A stretch of DNA of 64,000 nt from contig CALWZB010000077.1 of assembly GCA_944385915.1 (NCBI GenBank), positions 6,973-70,972 of the forward strand. The letters are read 5' to 3'. Below the pieces are notes generated by a model, which worked only from the letters and a program-made list of their open reading frames with translations, made no database searches and was not told the origin of the DNA. This document shows, piece after piece, positions 28,489-37,793 of this stretch. The stretch's first letter is position 1. Every line of letters begins with the position of its first letter. Made by a program: the position numbers and the translations under genes. This DNA comes from an uncultured Clostridia bacterium (GTDB lineage: Bacteria > Bacillota > Clostridia > Oscillospirales > Ruminococcaceae).

Positions 28489-30264
28489 ATGGCAGAAACG
28501 ATCAAGGGGCTTAAACGCACCCACTACTGCACCGAGGTATCCACAGCGGATATTGGAAAAACGGTAGTGGTAGGCGGTTTTGTCCAAAAACAGAGAGATA
28601 AGGGAGAGCTTTGTTTTATCGATTTACGGGATCGGACCGGCATTCTTCAGCTCACCTTTGACGACAAAACCGACCGGAGCGTGATGGAGAAAGCCAAGTC
28701 GGTGCGCTCCGAGTATGTGTTGATGGCCAAGGGCGAAGTCAGACGGCGGGAAAGCGTCAATCCCGAGATCGAAACCGGGGAAATCGAGGTTTTCGTTACC
28801 GAGCTTCGGATCTTAGCCAAGGCGCAGACCCCTCCCTTCCCCATCACCGACGACACCGACACCAACGAGGAGCTTCGGCTTCGGTACCGGTATTTGGATC
28901 TTCGGAGAAAGACCCTGCAAAAAAATCTGATGATGCGCCATAAGATCACCAAGGCGGCCAGAGATTATTTTGACGACCATGGTTTTATCGAGATCGAAAC
29001 GCCTATGCTGATGAAATCCACTCCCGAAGGCGCCAGAGACTATGTGGTCCCCTCGAGAGTGCATAAGGGAAGCTTTTACGCCCTTCCCCAGTCGCCCCAA
29101 ATTTACAAACAGCTTTTGATGGTGGCGGGATTGGACCGGTATGTCCAGTTTGCCCGTTGCTTCCGAGACGAGGACCTTCGGGCGGACCGGCAACCGGAAT
29201 TTACCCAGATCGATATGGAAATGTCGTTCGTGGATATCGAAGATGTGCTGGAAATCGGCGAGGGATTGATCCAGCATGTGATGAAAGAAGTCCTTCATAT
29301 CGACATCCCTACCCCTCTTCCCCGTATGACCTACAAAGACGCTATGGAGCGGTTTGGAAGCGATAAACCGGACGTCCGGTACGGTATGGAGCTCACGGAC
29401 CTTTCGGACCTTGTGAAAAACTGTGACTTCTCGGTCTTTACCTCCGCTTTGGAAAACGGCGGCTCAGTCCGGGGAATCTGCTTAAAGGGCGGCGCTTCGG
29501 TTTACACCCGAAAAGAGATCGATAAGCTGACAGAGCAGGCCAAAGGTATTGGCGCCAAGGGACTTGCGTTTATCCGGTTTGTGGAGGATGTGCCAAGCTG
29601 CTCCTTCTCCAAGTTTATGACCAAAGAAGAGATGGACGCCATTCTTGACCGTCTGGATTGCCAAAAAGGGGACGTGGCGCTGATTGTCGCCGACAAAAAT
29701 CGGGTTACCCTTCCGGTGCTTGGCGCTTTGCGCCAGATGACCGCCAAACGGTTAGGGATCATTCCCGAAGGCTACGCTTTCCTTTGGATCACCGAGTTTC
29801 CCTTCTTTGAGTGGGACGAGGAGAGCCATTCCTTTGTGGCGATGCATCATCCTTTTACTATGCCCATGGACGAGTGTCTTGCCTATTTGGACAGCGATCC
29901 CGCGTCGGTTCGTGCCAAGGCGTACGATCTGGTACTAAACGGTGTCGAGCTTTCCAGCGGCTCCATCCGCATCACCGATTACGAGCTGCAGCAAAAGATG
30001 TTTGAGGCGCTGGGGTTAAGCGATGAGGAGATCGAAGCCAAGTTTGGATTTTTGGTAGACGCTTACAAGTTCGGAGCGCCTCCCCACGGAGGTATGGGCT
30101 TAGGGTTAGACCGGCTGAGTATGATTCTCTGCGGCGCGGACAATATTCGTGACGTCACCGCTTTCCCCAAGGTGCAAAACGCCAGCGAGCTGATGAGCGG
30201 ATGTCCTTCCCCCATCGACCCTGAACAGTTAGAAGAGCTTTCCATCGTGATCGACGAAAAATAA
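28489..30264 (+). CDS. aspS: Aspartate--tRNA ligase
   Basis: 591 aa with FIDLRDRTG, FRDEDLRADRQPEFTQID and GGMGLGLDRL motifs. Confidence 0.95.
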   Translation: MAETIKGLKRTHYCTEVSTADIGKTVVVGGFVQKQRDKGELCFIDLRDRTGILQLTFDDKTDRSVMEKAKSVRSEYVLMAKGEVRRRESVNPEIETGEIEVFVTELRILAKAQTPPFPITDDTDTNEELRLRYRYLDLRRKTLQKNLMMRHKITKAARDYFDDHGFIEIETPMLMKSTPEGARDYVVPSRVHKGSFYALPQSPQIYKQLLMVAGLDRYVQFARCFRDEDLRADRQPEFTQIDMEMSFVDIEDVLEIGEGLIQHVMKEVLHIDIPTPLPRMTYKDAMERFGSDKPDVRYGMELTDLSDLVKNCDFSVFTSALENGGSVRGICLKGGASVYTRKEIDKLTEQAKGIGAKGLAFIRFVEDVPSCSFSKFMTKEEMDAILDRLDCQKGDVALIVADKNRVTLPVLGALRQMTAKRLGIIPEGYAFLWITEFPFFEWDEESHSFVAMHHPFTMPMDECLAYLDSDPASVRAKAYDLVLNGVELSSGSIRITDYELQQKMFEALGLSDEEIEAKFGFLVDAYKFGAPPHGGMGLGLDRLSMILCGADNIRDVTAFPKVQNASELMSGCPSPIDPEQLEELSIVIDEK

Positions 30265-30265
30265 A

Positions 30266-30297
30266 GAAAAAAAGCGCGGGTGCTCCGCGCTTTTTTC
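30266..30297 (+). terminator. Rho-independent terminator of hisS-aspS
   Basis: AGCGCGG-GTGCT-CCGCGCT hairpin followed by TTTTTT. Confidence 0.85.
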
Positions 30298-30340
30298 TTT
30301 CTTCACATTTTTTTCTTTCCCTTCTAAAAAGAGAAAGCAA

Positions 30341-30365
30341 AAGGCGTGCCTTTACGGCACGCCTT
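30341..30365 (-). terminator. Terminator after the amt-PII gene
   Basis: AAGGCGTGCC-TTTAC-GGCACGCCTT hairpin, with T-rich flanks on both strands. Confidence 0.75.
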
Positions 30366-30409
30366 TCGCTTTTTGGAGAGAGGTTATGAAAACCTTCGGA
30401 GTCTGTCAA

Positions 30410-32122
30410 TTATTCTACATCCTGGAGCGCGTCGAAATCCTCTTCCCCGGTGCGGACCTTGACGACCTTATCCACCCGGTATACGAAGATCTTGCCGTCG
30501 CCGATATGTCCGGTGTAAAGGGCTTTTTTCGCCGATTCGATCACCGCGGAAACCGGGATCTTGCTGACGACGATCTCTACCTTGACTTTAGGAAGCAAGG
30601 TGGCGTCCATCTCGACGCCGCGGTACATTTCTCCGGCGCCCTTTTGAATGCCGCAGCCCATAACCTGGGTCACCGTCATACCGGTTACACCCAAATCGTT
30701 CATCGCCTTTTTCAGATGATCGTACCGCGCAAGCTTGGCGATAATGACCACCTTGTACATGCCGGTACTGCTCAAGGCAGCCGGTTCTTTGATCTCTACC
30801 ACCGCGGTCTCCCGTGCGGGGAGGGTCTCCGCCGCAACACCAAGATCGGTGTTTTCATTGACTTCCATGGTCATGCTGCCGGAAACATCCATGATGCTAA
30901 AGCCGGAGTAAGCGGAAACCAAACCATGCTCGCAGGAATCCAAGCCAATCTGCTCTTCTTCCTCGCTGACCCGAAGGCCAAAAATCGCTTTAATCAGTAA
31001 GAAGGACAGCGTCATCGTCGCTACCGTCCAGGCAGCAACCGTAACAACACCCAGAATTTGTTTGCCTAACAGCTCGAAACCGCCGCCGTAGAATAAACCG
31101 GTAAAAGCATCGTTTCCGGGAACGGTTGTCGTCGCAAACAAGCCAACCGCCAGCGTTCCCCAAATACCGTTAAGGCAATGGACCGCTACAGCACCCACCG
31201 GATCGTCGATATGTAACTTATAATCCAAAAACCATACGCCAAAGACCACCAGCACGCCGGAAACAGCGCCCACAACGATGGAGCCTAACGCGTCGGTGAC
31301 GTCACAGCCGGCGGTAATGCCCACTAACCCCGCCAGAGAGGCGTTGAGGCACATGGAAACATCGGGCTTTCCGTATTTGACCCAGGTAAAGATCATACAC
31401 ACGACAGTAGCCACCGAGGGAGCGATGGTGGTAGTCAGAAAGATGGAGCCTAACTGTTCCACCGAGGTAGCCGCGGCGCCGTTGAATCCGTACCAGCCAA
31501 GCCAGAGAATAAATACTCCCAACGCGCCGATGGTGAGGTTGTGTCCGGGGAAAGCATTGACCTTAGTCACCTTGCCCGATTCATCCCGCACAAACTTTCC
31601 GATCCGGGGACCCACCATTTTTGCGCCGATCAAAGCGGTGATACCGCCTACCATATGGATGGCGCAGGAGCCGGCGAAATCATGGAAGCCAAGCTGGGCA
31701 AGCCAGCCGCCACCCCAGATCCAGTGGGCTTCAATGGGGTAAATCAGCGCAGAAATAACTGCGGAGTAAACACAGTAGGATAAAAATTTGGTCCGTTCCG
31801 CCATAGCGCCGGAAACGATGGTGGCCGTGGTGGCACAAAACACCAGGTTGAAAACAAAGCTGGACCAGTTAAAGCTTTCGTAACTGGTAAAAATATCAAA
31901 TCCGGGCTTTCCGATGAGCCCGATGAGATCCTCTCCCAGCAGCAGTCCAAAACCGATGAGAATGAACACCACTGTACCAATGCAGAAATCCATCAGATTT
32001 TTCATCAGGATGTTTCCGGCATTTTTCGCCCGGGTAAACCCCGTTTCCACCATGGCAAATCCCGCCTGCATCCAGAACACCCATGCGGCGCCGATCAAAA
32101 ACCATACGCCCCATACTTCCAC
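30410..32122 (-). CDS. amt: Ammonium transporter fused to a C-terminal P-II (GlnB/GlnK) domain
   Basis: The N-terminus WMQAGFAMVETGFTRAKN begins an Amt core of about 410 aa. The last 116 aa (MYKVVIIAKLARYD...GIQKGAGEMYRGVE...GDGKIFVY) form a P-II fold with a T-loop Tyr. The GTG start at 32122 follows AAGGAGG. Confidence 0.85.
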   Translation of the reverse strand: MEVWGVWFLIGAAWVFWMQAGFAMVETGFTRAKNAGNILMKNLMDFCIGTVVFILIGFGLLLGEDLIGLIGKPGFDIFTSYESFNWSSFVFNLVFCATTATIVSGAMAERTKFLSYCVYSAVISALIYPIEAHWIWGGGWLAQLGFHDFAGSCAIHMVGGITALIGAKMVGPRIGKFVRDESGKVTKVNAFPGHNLTIGALGVFILWLGWYGFNGAAATSVEQLGSIFLTTTIAPSVATVVCMIFTWVKYGKPDVSMCLNASLAGLVGITAGCDVTDALGSIVVGAVSGVLVVFGVWFLDYKLHIDDPVGAVAVHCLNGIWGTLAVGLFATTTVPGNDAFTGLFYGGGFELLGKQILGVVTVAAWTVATMTLSFLLIKAIFGLRVSEEEEQIGLDSCEHGLVSAYSGFSIMDVSGSMTMEVNENTDLGVAAETLPARETAVVEIKEPAALSSTGMYKVVIIAKLARYDHLKKAMNDLGVTGMTVTQVMGCGIQKGAGEMYRGVEMDATLLPKVKVEIVVSKIPVSAVIESAKKALYTGHIGDGKIFVYRVDKVVKVRTGEEDFDALQDVE

Positions 32123-32165
32123 ACCAATTCCTCCTTGACCCTTTCTCTTTGTTCAAACAAAAAGA

Positions 32166-32193
32166 GCGCTGTAGGAGAAATCTCCTACAGCGC
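32166..32193 (-). terminator. Strong terminator-like hairpin in the amt leader, downstream of the PBP gene
   Basis: GCGCTGTAGGAGA-AA-TCTCCTACAGCGC is a perfect palindrome. On the minus strand it is followed by CTCTTTTTGTTTG. Confidence 0.7.
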
Positions 32194-32212
32194 CCTTGCT
32201 GTTTATGGGAAC

Positions 32213-32241
32213 AGTATAGTGACATAAGCGGAAAAAGTCAA
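32213..32241 (-). promoter_or_regulatory. Near-consensus sigma-A promoter facing amt
   Basis: On the minus strand, TTGACT (32236-32241), a 17-nt spacer and TATACT (32213-32218). Confidence 0.55.
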
Positions 32242-32319
32242 TGGTTTTTTGGAAAAAAATTTCATTTCGGCAGAGTGGATAACAAAAACGGGAGAATATT
32301 TTCCCTTTTTTGTGAAAGT

Positions 32320-33957
32320 TTAAGAATCACTTCCTGCAAAATCCGACGGATCCGTCAGCGCGTCGGCAATGGCCGCAAAAACCGGCGCCGCCGTTTCATT
32401 TCCAAAACCGCTGTCTTCCGACAGCACCACCACCACATATTCCGGCGATGCGGCGGGAAAAAAGCCGGCAAACCAGCCATGCTCATACTCCTCCCCGTCT
32501 TCTTTATACTGGCCGGTCTGGGCGGTGGCGGTTTTTCCCCCGGCGGTAGTGGTGTTCGGGACCGCTTTGGAGTCCTCGGACACCATGACACAGTAGATCA
32601 GATAGCTTTGAATCGCGGCGGCAACGTCGGAGGAGAGGATCTTTTCCCCTGCTGTCTGGCGGTAACGGTTTAAATTTTCCCCGTCATATTCCCCTTCAAT
32701 CAGCCTTGGCGTCACCCGGTACCCGCCGTTGACCACCGCGCTGAGCATGACCGCGATCTGGACCGGCGTCGCCGTGAGCGCACCCTGTCCAAAGCTGAAA
32801 TTGGCTACCGCGGCAGGATTGATCATCTCCGATTCCGAGGGAAGGGATCCCGACGCCGAAGAGATCCCTTCACAAAATACTGTCGCCTCTCCGAAGCCAA
32901 AGTCCTTCGCCAAAGAAAGCAGGGCGTCTCCCCCAACCGAAAGCCCCAAAGTAATGAAATACGGGTTACATGACTCCTTCAATGCATCCAAAAGATCCAT
33001 TTCCCCGTGGCCGCTTCGCAGATGACAGCGAAAAATCTGGCCGCTTACATCCAGATATCCGTCGCAAACCACCGTCTCCTCCATTGGATGCCCCGCGTTC
33101 AGCCCGGCGGCAGTGGTGACCACCTTAAAGGTGGAACCCACCGCGTAGGCGGAAAACGCCCGATTGATCATCGGGGTATTTTCGGTATCCAAAAGGTCAG
33201 TCTCCAGCGTGGAAAGCTGGTAATCAGGAAAGGAAGCGACTCCCTTTAATGCGCCGGTGTAGGGATCCATAACCACGATCGCCCCCTTTTTCAACATCTC
33301 TTTGCCGATGGATTCGATTACTGATTGTATATTTTTATCAATCGATAACATAATTCCCGCTTCAGATGGGGTTTCTTCCCGTATTGTTGGCGCAACGCCG
33401 CTCATAACTGTCCCCAATCCGTTGACCATAGCGGTCGCCGTTGTTTCACAGCAAAGAGAGGACAGAAAGGAATCGAAAGCGGCTTCCACACCGCTGACCC
33501 CATTTCCCTCCCCGTCCAGATAGCCGATCACATGCTGGGCAAGCTGGTCCTCTTGATAGCGGACATCCGTGGTAAAAGGATAGATCCCTTCCCCCTTTGG
33601 CGCTGTCAAGGGGTCGTAAAGCAAAAAAGGCTTTCCCGCATGAAACTGGGCCAAAACGCTTTCCCGCCGGGAAATGGGAACGGTTTTCAGCACCTCGGTC
33701 ACATTGTCCGCCGACGGCAAAATCAAATAAACCGTCTCTTTCGTTTCCGCCACCAGCCGTTCACCGTTACAGTCGTAGATCAGCCCCCGGCTTTGGGACA
33801 CCGTGAGGGTGTAGGCGGATTGGTTTCCCGCGGCGGTGGAAAGGGCTTCGGAGGAGGAAAGGGTCCCGATGCGGGCAAACAGCGCCACGAACAGGAAACT
33901 GTAAATGCAAAAGGAAACCAACATCCTTTTTTGAATCCGTTTTGTATATTTTCCCAT
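32320..33957 (-). CDS. Class B penicillin-binding protein (FtsI/SpoVD-like transpeptidase, no PASTA domains)
   Basis: N-terminal TM anchor, STFK and SCN motifs, and a third motif that reads KTA rather than KTG. Confidence 0.85.
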   Translation of the reverse strand: MGKYTKRIQKRMLVSFCIYSFLFVALFARIGTLSSSEALSTAAGNQSAYTLTVSQSRGLIYDCNGERLVAETKETVYLILPSADNVTEVLKTVPISRRESVLAQFHAGKPFLLYDPLTAPKGEGIYPFTTDVRYQEDQLAQHVIGYLDGEGNGVSGVEAAFDSFLSSLCCETTATAMVNGLGTVMSGVAPTIREETPSEAGIMLSIDKNIQSVIESIGKEMLKKGAIVVMDPYTGALKGVASFPDYQLSTLETDLLDTENTPMINRAFSAYAVGSTFKVVTTAAGLNAGHPMEETVVCDGYLDVSGQIFRCHLRSGHGEMDLLDALKESCNPYFITLGLSVGGDALLSLAKDFGFGEATVFCEGISSASGSLPSESEMINPAAVANFSFGQGALTATPVQIAVMLSAVVNGGYRVTPRLIEGEYDGENLNRYRQTAGEKILSSDVAAAIQSYLIYCVMVSEDSKAVPNTTTAGGKTATAQTGQYKEDGEEYEHGWFAGFFPAASPEYVVVVLSEDSGFGNETAAPVFAAIADALTDPSDFAGSDS

Positions 33958-34020
33958 AGTATCTCCCTATAGTAAATGGCTTTTCCTTTAGTTTTCCCCA
34001 TTTTCCATAAAATGATACAG

Positions 34021-34051
34021 AAAAAAGGCGGAGAAAATTTCTCCGCCTTTT
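34021..34051 (-). terminator. Rho-independent terminator after the thioesterase gene
   Basis: GGCGGAGAAA-A-TTTCTCCGCC stem flanked by A6 and T4 runs. Confidence 0.8.
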
Positions 34052-34052
34052 G

Positions 34053-34781
34053 TTAAGGCAACGGCACAAAGGTCAATTTTGCAATAAAGCATTCCCTTTC
34101 CTGCAAAAGCCCTTTTACCATCACGGTATCTCCCTCAAAGTGCCCGAAAAAACGGATCTCCTCTCCCTCTTTGGCTTCGTGGAGATAATTCATTTCGTAA
34201 TCGGTAACAAAGCGATCCCGATACTCTTTTGGGAGCACATCCAAAATCAAATCGGCATAGGTGGCGTTATGAAGATGGCCGTTGGCGTCCAAATGGGAGT
34301 AGAGGACCTTTAACTCCCCTAACGGTTCCCCCTCGTACATCCGAAGGCGCTTACAATTCTCCACGCCGATCTCCTTTTGAAAGAAATTCCCCTCGCCGAA
34401 AAACTCCGACGGCCGATGGATCTTTCGTGTCAGGGGGTCCACCGCGATCCAATCGCTGGTGGCGGAAAAGAGAATCTCCCCCTTTTCATTGACCGCCTCG
34501 AAATCCCGGACAAAAGCGGCGCCCCGGATCTCTTTTTCCCATGTCCGCATCTCGATCACATCGTACGCCTGAACCGGCTGGAAAAAGCGAATATGAATCT
34601 TGGAAACCAAAAAGACAAAGCCCCGTTCCCAAAGCATCTCGTGAGTCAGGCCCCGTTTCCGAAACGCCCAGCCGGCGATCTCGGCAAAATAGGCGTTGGC
34701 GGCGGAAAGCTTCAGCCGCTTATGACTGTCACATTGAAAAAACGGGATTTGGTGACCTTCCCGATATACCTTTTCCATCAT
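34053..34781 (-). CDS. Acyl-ACP thioesterase
   Basis: 242 aa with a double hotdog layout. The segments FFQCDSHKRLKLSAANAYFAEIAG and DANGHLHNATYADLI are typical of the FatA/B-like bacterial family. Confidence 0.75.
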   Translation of the reverse strand: MMEKVYREGHQIPFFQCDSHKRLKLSAANAYFAEIAGWAFRKRGLTHEMLWERGFVFLVSKIHIRFFQPVQAYDVIEMRTWEKEIRGAAFVRDFEAVNEKGEILFSATSDWIAVDPLTRKIHRPSEFFGEGNFFQKEIGVENCKRLRMYEGEPLGELKVLYSHLDANGHLHNATYADLILDVLPKEYRDRFVTDYEMNYLHEAKEGEEIRFFGHFEGDTVMVKGLLQERECFIAKLTFVPLP

Positions 34782-36061
34782 TACCGGATCTCACTTTTTC
34801 CGCCCATATAGGGACGAAGCGCCTCAGGAATCCGCACCGAACCGTCGTCGTTCAAGTTGTTTTCCAAAAAAGCGATAAGCATTCTCGGAGGCGCAACCAC
34901 CGTATTGTTTAAGGTGTGCGCCAGATATTTTGTCCCGTCAGCGCCGTTGACACGGATCTTTAACCGGCGCGCCTGGGCGTCGCCCAAATTGGAGCAGCTT
35001 CCTACCTCGAAGTACTTCTTCTGGCGGGGAGACCATGCTTCTACGTCCACCGATTTCACCTTCAAGTCCGCCAAATCGCCGGAGCAGCATTCCAGCGTCC
35101 GTACCGGGATATCCAGGCTCCGGAACAGATCGACGGTATTCTGCCACAGCTTATCGAACCACATAGGGCTGTCCTCGGGCTTGCAGACCACGATCATCTC
35201 CTGTTTTTCAAACTGATGGATCCGGTAAACGCCCCGTTCCTCGATGCCGTGGGCGCCTTTTTCCTTGCGGAAACAGGGAGAATAGCTGGTGAGGGTATAA
35301 GGAAGCTCCTTTTCCTCCAAAATGGTGTCAATAAATTTTCCGATCATAGAATGCTCCGAGGTGCCGATCAAATAAAGGTCCTCCCCTTCGATCTTATACA
35401 TCATGGCATCCATCTCGTCAAAGCTCATAACGCCGGTGACCACATTGCTCCGGATCATAAACGGGGGAACGCAATAGGTAAAGCCCCGGTCGATCATAAA
35501 ATCTCTCGCGTAGGAGATAACGGCGGAATGAAGCCGCGCAATATCCCCCATCAGGTAGTAAAAACCGTTTCCGGCTACCCTTCTGGCGCTGTCCAGATCG
35601 ATGCCGTGAAGCGCTTCCATAATCTCGGTATGATACGGGATCTCAAAATCCGGAACCACCGGCTCGCCAAAACGCTCCACCTCGACGTTTTCACTGTCGT
35701 CCTTGCCGATGGGAACCGACGGGTCGATCATCTGAGGGATCACCATGAGGATCTGTCTGAGCTTCTCCTGAAGCTCCTTTTCCGACGCCTCAAGAGCCTC
35801 TAACCGGCTCGCCTGCTCGGCGACCAGCTTTTTCATCTCCTCCGCTTCCTCTTTTTTCCCCTGTGCCATCAGTCCGCCGATGGATTTGGAGACCTGATTG
35901 CGTTTGGCGCGAAGGGCATCCGCCTCCTGCTGCGCCGCCCGGCTTTGCCGGTCCAGCTCAATGGCTTCGTCCACTAACGGCAGCTTTTTGTCCTGGAACT
36001 TCTTTTTGATGTTTTCTTTGACCAGATCCGGATTTTGACGGATAAATTTCATATCCAGCAT
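34781..36061 (-). CDS. serS: Serine--tRNA ligase
   Basis: MLDMKFIRQNPD at the N-terminus, followed by a coiled-coil arm, then FRKEKGAHG and GSCSNLGDAQARR. Confidence 0.95.
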   Translation of the reverse strand: MLDMKFIRQNPDLVKENIKKKFQDKKLPLVDEAIELDRQSRAAQQEADALRAKRNQVSKSIGGLMAQGKKEEAEEMKKLVAEQASRLEALEASEKELQEKLRQILMVIPQMIDPSVPIGKDDSENVEVERFGEPVVPDFEIPYHTEIMEALHGIDLDSARRVAGNGFYYLMGDIARLHSAVISYARDFMIDRGFTYCVPPFMIRSNVVTGVMSFDEMDAMMYKIEGEDLYLIGTSEHSMIGKFIDTILEEKELPYTLTSYSPCFRKEKGAHGIEERGVYRIHQFEKQEMIVVCKPEDSPMWFDKLWQNTVDLFRSLDIPVRTLECCSGDLADLKVKSVDVEAWSPRQKKYFEVGSCSNLGDAQARRLKIRVNGADGTKYLAHTLNNTVVAPPRMLIAFLENNLNDDGSVRIPEALRPYMGGKSEIR

Positions 36062-36076
36062 AACGTTTCCCTCTTC

Positions 36077-36931
36077 CTATTTGGTTAATTTTTCCGCAAT
36101 AGCGGTTAAATCCTCTTTGTTGTAAAAATGGATGGTAAGCGTTCCTTTGCCGCTCTTCCCCACCGTTAATTTCACCTTTCTTCCCAGTTCCTCCTCTAAC
36201 GCCTTTTCCATCATCAAAAGGTAGGAATCAAAGGTGGCAAATCCCTTGGGATCCTTTTTCTCCGCCTTTTCTCTGGCGGCGCGTTTTTCCACCTCCCGAA
36301 CCGAAAGGCCCTTATCTGCCGCTTCTTTGGCCACCGCGGTCATTGCCGCGACATCCGAGATCCCCATCAGCGCTCTGGCATGTCCCGCCGAAAGGCGCCC
36401 TTCCTCGACAAGAAGGCGGACCTGCTCGGGAAGCTGGAGCAGTCTTAAGGTATTGGCCACCGCGGAACGGGATTTCCCCACCCGTTTGGCGGCCTCCTCC
36501 TGGGTCAGGCCGTAGGTTTCCATCAAATCCCGGTATCCGGCCGCTTCCTCTAAGGGGGTGAGATCCTCCCGCTGGAGATTTTCGATCAAAGCCAGCTCCA
36601 TGACCTCAGCGTCGGTCATCTCCCGCACGGTAGCCGGCACTTCGTCCAGTCCCAGCATCCGGCATGCCCGCCAGCGGCGCTCCCCCGCCACCAACTGATA
36701 CCGGTCGTCCCCGATCGGACGCACCAGCAACGGTTGGATCAGGCCATGCTCCTTAATGGAATCGGCAAGCTCCGACAGCGCTTCTTCGGAAAAGGCTTTT
36801 CGCGGTTGGTTCTTATTGGGCTCGATCGCCGAAAGGCGAAGCAGACGGCTTTGCTCCGAAGAAGGCTCCTCGGGAGCGTTGATCTCAAAAAGCGACCCTA
36901 ATCCTTTTCCCAATCCCGTTTTTTTCGGCAT
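36077..36931 (-). CDS. parB: Chromosome partitioning protein ParB (Spo0J)
   Basis: GLGKGLGSLF, EPNKNQPRK, GLIQPLLVR and GERRWRA motifs plus an HTH. ATG 36931 overlaps the parA stop (TGATG) and has a GGAGG RBS. Confidence 0.9.
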   Translation of the reverse strand: MPKKTGLGKGLGSLFEINAPEEPSSEQSRLLRLSAIEPNKNQPRKAFSEEALSELADSIKEHGLIQPLLVRPIGDDRYQLVAGERRWRACRMLGLDEVPATVREMTDAEVMELALIENLQREDLTPLEEAAGYRDLMETYGLTQEEAAKRVGKSRSAVANTLRLLQLPEQVRLLVEEGRLSAGHARALMGISDVAAMTAVAKEAADKGLSVREVEKRAAREKAEKKDPKGFATFDSYLLMMEKALEEELGRKVKLTVGKSGKGTLTIHFYNKEDLTAIAEKLTK

Positions 36932-37725
36932 CAACCGTTCCTCCTTTCCCGTTTGGCTTTTCGTTTTTGCCATTTTAAAAACTCTTTTGCCAGTTCCTCA
37001 TAGGCTTTGGCGCCTTTGGAATGGCGATCGTAATACATGACCGGCTGTCCGAAGCTGGGCGCCTCGGAAAGACGGACGTTTCTCGGAATGGTGGTCTTAT
37101 ATACCTGATTCGGAAAGTATTTTTTGACCTCCTCTACCACCTGTAGGGTGAGGTTGAGCCGCCCGTCATACATGGTCAGCAGCACCCCCTCCACCCCAAT
37201 GGATGGATTATAAAGGCGTTTTACCTGCTTAATAGTGGTAAAAAGCTGGGACAAACCCTCCAGCGCGAAGTATTCGCACTGGATGGGGATCAAAACACTG
37301 TCCACCGCCGAAAAGGCGTTTAGGGTAATGAGCCCCAAGGAAGGAGGGCAGTCGATCAAAAGGTAATCATACCGGTCCGCCACCGGCGCTATGGCCTGTT
37401 TCAGCCGGAAGATCCGGTTTTCCATGGCTACCAGCTCGATCTCCGCGCCCGCCATATCCATACTGGAGGGAATGACCTCCACCCCGGCGAAGGGGGTTTT
37501 CTGTATCGTTTCCTGAGCGGAGGCTTCGCCGATAAGGAGATGATAGGCGTTTTTTCCCAAATTCCGCTTATCGATGCCGAAGCCGCTGCTGGCGTTGCCC
37601 TGGGGATCCAGGTCGATAAGCAGTACTTTTTTCTTTTGTTCTCCCAAAGCGGCAGCCAAATTGACAGCGGTGGTGGTTTTTCCAACGCCGCCTTTTTGAT
37701 TGGCCACAGCCACAACGGTACCCAT
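36931..37725 (-). CDS. parA: Chromosome partitioning ATPase ParA (Soj)
   Basis: Deviant Walker A motif NQKGGVGKTTT and the IDLDPQGN motif. 264 aa. Confidence 0.95.
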   Translation of the reverse strand: MGTVVAVANQKGGVGKTTTAVNLAAALGEQKKKVLLIDLDPQGNASSGFGIDKRNLGKNAYHLLIGEASAQETIQKTPFAGVEVIPSSMDMAGAEIELVAMENRIFRLKQAIAPVADRYDYLLIDCPPSLGLITLNAFSAVDSVLIPIQCEYFALEGLSQLFTTIKQVKRLYNPSIGVEGVLLTMYDGRLNLTLQVVEEVKKYFPNQVYKTTIPRNVRLSEAPSFGQPVMYYDRHSKGAKAYEELAKEFLKWQKRKAKRERRNG

Positions 37726-37793
37726 AGCAGGCCTCCTTTTTGGTTTCTTGTCTCAGTATACCACATTTTTCCCTGTTTTAAAAGCCCTTTTGC

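Noticed and set aside
32274-32282. AGTGGATAA, an 8/9 DnaA-box-like 9-mer upstream of the amt promoter.
   Set aside because: It is a single isolated near-match far from the origin. Such matches are expected by chance in 64 kb.
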